A stretch of 32,000 bases of DNA from Candidatus Saccharimonadota bacterium. Its GTDB lineage: Bacteria > Patescibacteriota > Microgenomatia > UBA1406 > GWC2-37-13. The stretch lies in the NCBI GenBank assembly GCA_001790095.1, contig MGBH01000001.1, positions 450,001 through 482,000 of the forward strand, written 5' to 3'. Shown one piece after another: positions 8,178 through 17,841 of the stretch (the first letter of the stretch is position 1; each line of letters opens with the position of its first letter). A program made the position numbers and the translations under genes. The notes under the pieces are model-generated. The model did no database searches. It saw nothing but the letters and a program-made list of their open reading frames with translations, and was not told where the DNA came from.

Positions 8178-8387
8178 TCTTATTACCAATGAATATTTTC
8201 TATTCATAAGGCACCATTGGATGCACAATCTGCCTCCTAACAGCCTACTTTAAGAAACCAAAAATCAATCCGAAAGAAGAATTTTGTGGTTTTTTTTGTG
8301 TTTGAGCACTTTTTAAATTTTTAGAATGCATTTAACTCTGAATGCAACAGGGTTTACCGGGTTCACCCTGAGGAGTAAAACGACGAA

Positions 8388-8461
8388 GGGCCTATAGCTC
8401 AATTGGCTTGAGCGTCGGATTTGCATTCCGAAGGTTAGGGGTTCGAGTCCCCTTAGGTCCA
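8388..8461 (+). tRNA. tRNA-Ala (anticodon TGC)
   Basis: Folds as GGGCCTA / GCTC-AATTGGCTT-GAGC / TCGGA-TTTGCAT-TCCGA / AGGTT / AGGGG-TTCGAGT-CCCCT / TAGGTCC-A. Carries the G3:U70 wobble pair that is the AlaRS identity element. Confidence 0.92.
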
Positions 8462-8593
8462 CACTTCGCTCATTGAGATTATATGGAGCTTCGTAGTGGC
8501 ACAGCCATTAAGAAGTTTCATTATCTAATATTAATAAGCGAAGGGTGTCCTCAACGAAGTCAAGCTTAGCTTGACGAAGTAGGATAAATAATT

Positions 8594-8606
8594 TGTTCTT
8601 TGACAA
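8594..8606 (+). promoter_or_regulatory. boxA-like rRNA antitermination element
   Basis: TGTTCTTTGACAA differs from the enterobacterial boxA TGCTCTTTAACAA at 2 positions. It sits immediately 5' of the long 23S processing stem, the canonical position. Confidence 0.4.
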
Positions 8607-8650
8607 TTTGCGCAGATTGTATAGAAAATAACATCTTTTAACTAACATAA

Positions 8651-11630
<2,980 letters not shown>

Positions 11631-11735
11631 GTTGGTTAAATTTTTTTTATGTCTTTCTGCGCAAATTCTGCATTTTATAATTTCTTGCATACTATTTATA
11701 CTCTTTCTAGCTTTATAGTATAATAATGAACTGCA

Positions 11736-13106
11736 ATGAAATACCGTCGTATCCTCTTAGTAAATCCACCTAAGGTTGATCAGGGGGGATATAAACCAAG
11801 CCCGCTTGGACTCCTTTATCTTGCTGCTTATTTGCAAAAACATTGTCCTCAAGCTCAAGTACGAGTTACAGATGGAGCTATACAAGGAAAAGAGGCAGTA
11901 CTCCAGACTTGTCGATCTTTTAGGCCTGATCTTATCGGTATATCTATTCTTACTCCAGGTAGACATCAAGGTCTTCATATAGCAACAGAGATAAAAAGAT
12001 TACTTCCTCGATCCAAGACCATTTTTGGCAATGTGCACGCAACCATTATGTGGAAACAATTGATGTCGCAGTACAAACAAGTAGACTATATCGCAAGAGG
12101 AGAGGGGGAACAAACGTTGTATGAACTTGTAGTTGGAAAACCTACTTCTTCAATAAAGGGTTTGGTATGGAGATCTAGAAAAAAAATTCTGAAGAACATT
12201 GATCGTCCTATGATCGTAGATCTTAACAAACTTCCCTTTCCAGCATGGGATCTTGTTGATCCGCTTATGTATCCTGCCCGAGGAGAAGGTTTGATCAATG
12301 ATATAGATCTGGCAAAAGAAGTAAGATTTCCAGTTATTTTTTCTCGCGGTTGCATGGGTGCGTGTACATTTTGTTCAAGTTGGATGATATGGAAAGGGTA
12401 TCGATACCGCAATGGTAAACTAGTTGCGGATGAAATTGAGATGTTGTGCAAAAGGTATAATGCAAAACATTTTGTATTTCAAGACGATACACTGACTGGA
12501 AATCAAAAAGAAATAATAAGCTTCTGTAAAGAAATAATAAAGCGTAAACTCAAGGTTGCAATATACGGTACTACACGAGTAGACAAAGTTAATCTTAAAA
12601 TGCTCAATTATATGAAGAAAGCTGGATTTTATGAATTGAGTTTTGGTATTGAGTCTGGTTCACCTGCCATGCTTCTTAAAATTAATAAACGAACTGATAT
12701 ACAGCTTATTAAAAAAGCAGTAGACCTTACTAGAAAAGCTCATATTAAAGTAAATGCACTTATGATGTATGGACTTCCAAGAGAGACAAATGAAGATAGA
12801 ATACTATCAAAAAAACTTATTAAAAATATTAACCCCGATGAGGTTGGAACTGTTGGGGCTGTGTGGATTTTTCCTGGGACTGCCTTGTATGAGCAGGCAA
12901 AACAAGCCAAGCTACTTGACGATTCGTTCTGGCTTGGACCAAAACCATACTATATATATAGGGGAGGAATCGGCGAAGATAAAATTGACAGAAAACAGCA
13001 AATAGTCGATGAAATACATCTTTATTTTTCACATACGCGTGCATATAAAATGTGGCACTATGTCACCTCACATGCATTACGAACACTGCATAAATTACAA
13101 AATTAA
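11736..13106 (+). CDS. B12-binding-domain radical SAM protein (class B rSAM)
   Basis: N-terminal cobalamin-binding-type Rossmann region (ILLVNPP...PLGLLYLAAYL...DLIGIS). Radical SAM cluster motif CMGACTFC (CX3CX2C) followed by FGIESGS. 456 aa. Confidence 0.85.
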   Translation: MKYRRILLVNPPKVDQGGYKPSPLGLLYLAAYLQKHCPQAQVRVTDGAIQGKEAVLQTCRSFRPDLIGISILTPGRHQGLHIATEIKRLLPRSKTIFGNVHATIMWKQLMSQYKQVDYIARGEGEQTLYELVVGKPTSSIKGLVWRSRKKILKNIDRPMIVDLNKLPFPAWDLVDPLMYPARGEGLINDIDLAKEVRFPVIFSRGCMGACTFCSSWMIWKGYRYRNGKLVADEIEMLCKRYNAKHFVFQDDTLTGNQKEIISFCKEIIKRKLKVAIYGTTRVDKVNLKMLNYMKKAGFYELSFGIESGSPAMLLKINKRTDIQLIKKAVDLTRKAHIKVNALMMYGLPRETNEDRILSKKLIKNINPDEVGTVGAVWIFPGTALYEQAKQAKLLDDSFWLGPKPYYIYRGGIGEDKIDRKQQIVDEIHLYFSHTRAYKMWHYVTSHALRTLHKLQN

Positions 13107-13108
13107 TA

Positions 13109-13804
13109 TTAATCATTTTTACCCTTTGAACTTTTACAATGATTCGATTTTAAATCGCATTCATTGTTACAGGTTGGATCATCTATCCAAATTTTGGGAC
13201 ACTCGCTTAATTCTGGATATACAAATAAAGTACAGTGACCATCATTACCAAGCCCCGGGGCACAGACATACTCCAGCAAGTCAATAGTCGGCGTTGGCGT
13301 TACCTGTGGGGGAACTTCAGAGGAGGGGGTAGGAATGATGGGAGCTGAACAAAAGTCTAGACCAGTATTAGGACTTGAGAATCCATAATTATAATTGCAA
13401 TCTGGACCGCATCCGTTGGAACATCCAACATATGCTATATCTGTATCTTCATCATTTTCTAAATTTGCATACACTTTGTATTGGCTGTTGCACGCAGCGT
13501 TATCGGTCTCATATAGATAGGGAAGATGCGTCAAGGGATCACAGGGAACAGAGTCAAGAAGCATTGAGTTTTCAAGCTGTATTTTTTCACCACATGCAGG
13601 TAAATATAGCGGATAACAAAGTGTAGAATCGTAGTATTCTTCAAGTGCTTTATTTAATTGCTTAAGCTGAAGTTTCCTTTGTGCATCTCTTGCTTTGGAT
13701 AGTTGCTTTGCAAGACCTAGAGCACTGACTATGGTAACTGCACCTAGGAGAGAGATTACGATAAGCACTTCAACCAATGTAAAAGCAGAATTGCGTAGGC
13801 GCAT
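13109..13804 (-). CDS. type IV pilin / T2SS pseudopilin-like protein with Pro/Thr linker and Cys-rich C-terminal extension
   Basis: Prepilin-type N-terminus MRLRNSA-FTLVEVLIVISLLG with Glu at +5. GspG-like region (ARDAQRKLQLKQLNKALEEYY..YP...PCDP...YLY...YKVYANLE). Then PIIPTPSSEVPPQVTPTPT and a Cys-rich tail. 14 Cys in total. Confidence 0.75.
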   Translation of the reverse strand: MRLRNSAFTLVEVLIVISLLGAVTIVSALGLAKQLSKARDAQRKLQLKQLNKALEEYYDSTLCYPLYLPACGEKIQLENSMLLDSVPCDPLTHLPYLYETDNAACNSQYKVYANLENDEDTDIAYVGCSNGCGPDCNYNYGFSSPNTGLDFCSAPIIPTPSSEVPPQVTPTPTIDLLEYVCAPGLGNDGHCTLFVYPELSECPKIWIDDPTCNNECDLKSNHCKSSKGKND

Positions 13805-13874
13805 ATATAACTATACCAAATTATAAATTCAAAAATGTATCGTTTAGCTTGAAAAAAATTTGCTAGAATATAAT

Positions 13875-14267
13875 ATGAAGATAAACGAAGTCATTGAGGA
13901 ATTGAAAAAAAAATACCCGGGTAAACCCATTATACTTAACAACAAGACAGATTTAACCGAAATTTTGTGCGAGATAGAACCAACTGACAAACATACATCG
14001 TTTAGTACTGCTATAGCAGTTATTGATCTTACTTTGCCTCATTATCATAAAAATACTGTCGAAGTATATGAGGTATTAAAGGGCTCACTCACACTTACTG
14101 TTAATAACAAGAAATATAATCTTAATATTGGTGAATCATTTACCATACAACCAAACGAAATACACAGTGCCAGAGGAGATGAAACATGGGTAAAAGTAGT
14201 TGCACGGCCCGGCTGGAGATCAGGTGATCATTTTACTGTTACCGGTGTACCAACGTCAACCCAATAA
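13875..14267 (+). CDS. cupin-fold protein
   Basis: PHYHKNTVEVYEVLKGSLTLTVN...GESFTIQPNEIHSARG resembles the two cupin motifs. ATG 13875 is preferred over the TTG at 13860 used by the ORF track. The 3' end overlaps the convergent L,D-transpeptidase gene by 40 nt. Confidence 0.6.
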   Translation: MKINEVIEELKKKYPGKPIILNNKTDLTEILCEIEPTDKHTSFSTAIAVIDLTLPHYHKNTVEVYEVLKGSLTLTVNNKKYNLNIGESFTIQPNEIHSARGDETWVKVVARPGWRSGDHFTVTGVPTSTQ

Positions 14268-15484
14268 TAGAGTCGTTCTACTTCAGCAAAAGGCACATTC
14301 ACACAACCATGGCTACCCACATAGGGGTAATCCTGTGTCCCATAAACACTTCTCCATGGGGCATCATGCAATCCATATCCTTCAAAAAAAGGCATCCAAT
14401 ACGTTACAAAATTGTCGTAATACTCATTGGGAAAAGGAGACCTCATTCGAAAGTGGGTTTGTTTATAATATATTGCAAACTGCCCCTTTACCGTCTCGAA
14501 TCCATTTTTGCCACTTGTAATTGGTATGGGATTTGAAAAAATGGATACGCCGTCCTGATATGCAAATAGTCTCTGTTGGCTAAGGTCAATTACTACTTCT
14601 TTTCCAGTACCTATTTGCGCTTGTGGGATTCCTGAAAGTGATTGAAGTCGTCTTTGTTCCTCAAGCCACGCTCGGTGTTCTTCTTCTTGGATTTGAGCTT
14701 TTGTTTTCCTTGGAAGAGATAGAAGCGGGTAAAGATCTTGCTGAATAATTATTTCAAGCTTATCTGAATTCAGTCTATTATATTGCGATGATAAAATTTC
14801 ACTTGCTTTTTCCCGATAGAGAAATATATTTGTTTTTTCTTTCTGCATCCCACCGCGAGTTTCATAAAATTTTTCAAGTTCTTCAAGTTCAGAAAAGGAA
14901 GCATTTACTTGTTTTATGAGTTGTTCTATCTTTGACTTTTCAACCTCATAATCAATCTCATAACCCAGTTCTTTTATTCGTGTAAGATGCTCGTCTATCT
15001 TCATGATAGTTAGATCTGCTGATGAGGTAGAGGTAGTAATGGTATCAAGTTCTTGTTGAATTCGATCCCTAGACGGTATGCTATAAGGATCAACGATGAT
15101 AAGCTGCAGTTGCATATCTTTTAACTTTGAAGATAAAAGGTCTTTCTTTGCATCCACGTTGAGGACATAGGAATTATGAAGGTCAGATTCCAATAGATTT
15201 ATCTCTGTCTGCAATCTTTTGTACTGTGTAGTAAAAATATATACATAGGGTGAACTTATCTCTTCTTCAATTGTATTGATTTTAGTTTCAAACGCTGACA
15301 CGTCAAACCCGGAGTTCTTTGCATAGGTTAGTGAATCTTTAAGTTTAAGAAATCGTGTGGCGGTTGACTTCTTTTGACCTGAAACATAAAAGAGCAATGA
15401 TATTATAAACACAAAGATTATGACTATCTCTATCTTTACAATTAGAGAATATGCTGTCTTATTGCTTATGATCGGACTATTCAT
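14228..15484 (-). CDS. L,D-transpeptidase (YkuD domain) with N-terminal TM anchor and long coiled-coil
   Basis: C-terminal GYGLHDAPWRSVYGTQDYPYVGSHGCVNV is the YkuD catalytic His...SHGC motif. The start is ambiguous: ATG 15484 (MNSPIISNK...) or the TTG at 15508 given by the ORF track. Confidence 0.8.
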   Translation of the reverse strand: MNSPIISNKTAYSLIVKIEIVIIFVFIISLLFYVSGQKKSTATRFLKLKDSLTYAKNSGFDVSAFETKINTIEEEISSPYVYIFTTQYKRLQTEINLLESDLHNSYVLNVDAKKDLLSSKLKDMQLQLIIVDPYSIPSRDRIQQELDTITTSTSSADLTIMKIDEHLTRIKELGYEIDYEVEKSKIEQLIKQVNASFSELEELEKFYETRGGMQKEKTNIFLYREKASEILSSQYNRLNSDKLEIIIQQDLYPLLSLPRKTKAQIQEEEHRAWLEEQRRLQSLSGIPQAQIGTGKEVVIDLSQQRLFAYQDGVSIFSNPIPITSGKNGFETVKGQFAIYYKQTHFRMRSPFPNEYYDNFVTYWMPFFEGYGLHDAPWRSVYGTQDYPYVGSHGCVNVPFAEVERLYYWVDVGTPVTVK

Positions 15485-15537
15485 ACTTGATTCTGTATAA
15501 TATAACAAAGATTAAGGAAAAATAACACTTAAACACT

Positions 15538-16491
15538 ATGTTGATAGATGAAGCATACATAATTATTTCAGCAGGTAAAGGAGGCAATGGATTTGTCGCT
15601 TTTTTCCCTGGAAAAAAATCGGGTCCCTGTGGAGGGGATGGTGGAAACGGCGGCAATGTTTATATAAAAGTTAATCGAAATATGACTTCGCTTGCTCAAT
15701 ATGCTGGCAAACACAAAATTGAAGCAGACGATGGAGGAAACGGTGGCTCATTTAATAAAACCGGTGAAAACGGCGAAGATCTTGTATTAGAGTTTCCTTT
15801 AGGCACCGAATTTGTTGAGACCGGCACAAAAAAGTTAATTCAACTACCCTCTGACGATAGACTTATCTTAGTTTGTCAAGGAGGGAGAGGGGGATTTGGC
15901 AACGATCATTTTAAATCATCAGTCAATCGTACGCCCAAACGAGCAGAAAAAGGTCATCCCGGAGAGACACGTACCTTTAAAGTTATCATGAAACTTATCG
16001 CAGATGTAGGATTTATAGGTCTTCCCAATGCGGGCAAAAGTAGTCTCTTAAATGAATTAACTGCCGCAAGCGCAAGAGTCGCACCTTATCCTTTTACCAC
16101 CCTTGAACCAAACCTAGGTTCTCTTGACCGGATCATCATTGCAGATATTCCAGGCCTTATTGAAGGGGCCTCATCTGGAAAAGGATTGGGGATTCGCTTT
16201 TTAAAACATATCGAAAAAGTTAAGTTATTACTCCATTGTGTTGCAGCGGACGAGGATACTAAGCAAATGATCAAGAACTATAAAACAGTAAGAAAAGAGC
16301 TTACGGCATATAGCACGACCCTTGCAACAAAAAAGGAAATAATTTTACTGACTAAGTCTGATCTTGTTTTACCAAGCGAACGTACTGCAAAATTAAAATC
16401 ATTTAAAAAATTAAACTCCCTTGTCTACTGTGTTTCGATCTATGATTTGGAGGCTCTTGGAAAAGTAACACAGATCATTAAAGAATCTTAG
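15538..16491 (+). CDS. obg: GTPase Obg/CgtA (short form without C-terminal extension domain)
   Basis: Obg-fold N-terminus with glycine-rich repeats (GKGGNGFVAF, GGDGGNGGNVY, GGRGGFGN). G domain GLPNAGKSSLL, DIPGLIEGA, TKSD. 317 aa. Confidence 0.9.
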   Translation: MLIDEAYIIISAGKGGNGFVAFFPGKKSGPCGGDGGNGGNVYIKVNRNMTSLAQYAGKHKIEADDGGNGGSFNKTGENGEDLVLEFPLGTEFVETGTKKLIQLPSDDRLILVCQGGRGGFGNDHFKSSVNRTPKRAEKGHPGETRTFKVIMKLIADVGFIGLPNAGKSSLLNELTAASARVAPYPFTTLEPNLGSLDRIIIADIPGLIEGASSGKGLGIRFLKHIEKVKLLLHCVAADEDTKQMIKNYKTVRKELTAYSTTLATKKEIILLTKSDLVLPSERTAKLKSFKKLNSLVYCVSIYDLEALGKVTQIIKES

Positions 16492-16495
16492 AAGA

Positions 16496-16630
16496 TTATA
16501 TTCTTATAATAAGACGTAAACTCAGCGCAAATATGGTGAATACGGTAAGAAGCATAAATACCATACTTAGATACTTATCTACCGCTGAAACCTTAGGAAG
16601 ATAATTGCGACGAACTGTCTTTATTTGCAT
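16496..16630 (-). CDS. tentative 44-aa single-TM small protein (below ORF-track cutoff)
   Basis: Hand translation: MQIKTVRRNYLPKVSAVDKYLSMVFMLLTVFTIFALSLRLIIRI, TAA stop at 16496-16498. An extended -10-like TGGTATAGG (16635-16643, minus) ends 4 nt before the ATG, the same layout as other genes here. Confidence 0.35.
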   Translation of the reverse strand: MQIKTVRRNYLPKVSAVDKYLSMVFMLLTVFTIFALSLRLIIRI

Positions 16631-16683
16631 GTCCCCTATACCATACATCATGGCCTATATTGTACTAAAATATGAGGAATCTG

Positions 16684-17718
16684 TCAAGTTTTTAAGGGCT
16701 GATTAAGGAAATCGATTAATAGCTTTTTGAGCTCAACGAGTGACTCTATTTTCATTAGTTTGTCTCGCAAAATTCTGCTTCCGGCAAAGCCTGTACAGTA
16801 CCATGCTAGATGCTTTCGCATGGGAAAAAGTTTGAGCTTTTGACGATATTTTAAATAAAGCTTGCTATGCTTTAACATTGTACCAAATCGTTCACTGAGT
16901 AAGGGAGACTTGTTTGTAAATACCCACGGATTACCCAGAGCCGCCCTACCAATAAGCGCTCCCTGACAACGATACATTTTACAATGGGCCTTTGCTTGAG
17001 ATACAGAGTTTAGATCACCATTCCCAAACAACAAGGTATTTGTGCCCTTAGTTAATAAGCTTGCTTTGGCTATCTCATCCCAGTCAGCCTTTCCCTTATA
17101 CATCTGAAGAAAGGTCCTTGCATGAATACAGATTGCATCTGGTTCAACCTCAAGAAGTGTAGAGATCCATGGAACAGTGTCGTGTTGATTAATGCCGGTT
17201 CTTGTTTTGATGGAGACTGGCTTATATGTTCTGTCAACTTTTAAAGGTTTGTTTCTTTCAATCCAGCCAAAAGCTTCATCCCGCAAGCTCAAGCTTTTTA
17301 ATGTTTTACCGTTCTGCCAGTCCTTAACAGCCTGTTTTACTGCTTTAATTATCGTTGCTGCAAGTACTCTTTGGTTTATGAGACTTGCTCCTCCTCCCTT
17401 TTTCATAATATTCCTGTCTGGACAACCCATATTGATATCAATCCCATCAAAACCAAGCTCTAACACAATAACGGCTGCTTTGTAAAAAGCTTTTGGGTCA
17501 ACACCAAATAGTTGTGCTACTATCGGTGTTGTTGTTTTGTGCTTTTGTAAAGAAGAATAAAGTCGCGTAGCTCCATGTGCCACTCCTTCAGCTGGTACAA
17601 ACTCAGTAAACAATATGTTGGGCTTACTAATAAGATCAACGGTCTCTCTAAATGCAGCATCGGTTATTCCATCCATTGGTGCAAGACCTATTATTGGCTT
17701 GCTTAAATTTGTCCACAT
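16684..17718 (-). CDS. tRNA-dihydrouridine synthase (Dus family)
   Basis: GLAPMDGITDAAFRE, GFDGIDINMGCP and KTRTG are Dus/FMN TIM-barrel motifs. ATG 17718 is preferred (TATAAT 17725-17730 ends 6 nt upstream). The ORF track extends to a TTG at 17763. Confidence 0.85.
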   Translation of the reverse strand: MWTNLSKPIIGLAPMDGITDAAFRETVDLISKPNILFTEFVPAEGVAHGATRLYSSLQKHKTTTPIVAQLFGVDPKAFYKAAVIVLELGFDGIDINMGCPDRNIMKKGGGASLINQRVLAATIIKAVKQAVKDWQNGKTLKSLSLRDEAFGWIERNKPLKVDRTYKPVSIKTRTGINQHDTVPWISTLLEVEPDAICIHARTFLQMYKGKADWDEIAKASLLTKGTNTLLFGNGDLNSVSQAKAHCKMYRCQGALIGRAALGNPWVFTNKSPLLSERFGTMLKHSKLYLKYRQKLKLFPMRKHLAWYCTGFAGSRILRDKLMKIESLVELKKLLIDFLNQPLKT

Positions 17719-17795
17719 ATTTAAATTATACTTGATTACTATATTCTCAAAAGGGGTTGACAAGCCTATAATATTATGCTATAATACATATAGAT

Positions 17796-17840
17796 CTTCA
17801 GGTTTTTGGCACTTTTGCCCAGAAGCTTGAAGGTTTTTTT
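17796..17840. terminator. GC-containing hairpin with T7 run on the plus strand, between the 540-aa gene stop and the dus start
   Basis: CTTCAGG-tttt-TGGCA-cttt-TGCCCA-gaag-CTTGAAGG is followed by TTTTTTT (17834-17840). The canonical intrinsic-terminator orientation is plus, but both flanking genes are minus. Confidence 0.4.
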
Positions 17841-17841
17841 A

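Noticed and set aside
8178-8387. Hidden ncRNA (SRP RNA, 6S, RNase P RNA, tRNA-Ile) in the 210-nt rRNA leader
   Set aside because: No conserved cores of these RNAs and no cloverleaf can be folded. The visible hairpins fit an rRNA leader with antitermination-type elements.
11631-11735. 5S rRNA downstream of the 23S gene
   Set aside because: The spacer is 105 nt, very AT-rich and partly consumed by the processing stem and the rSAM promoter. No 5S-like helices or conserved loop motifs are visible.
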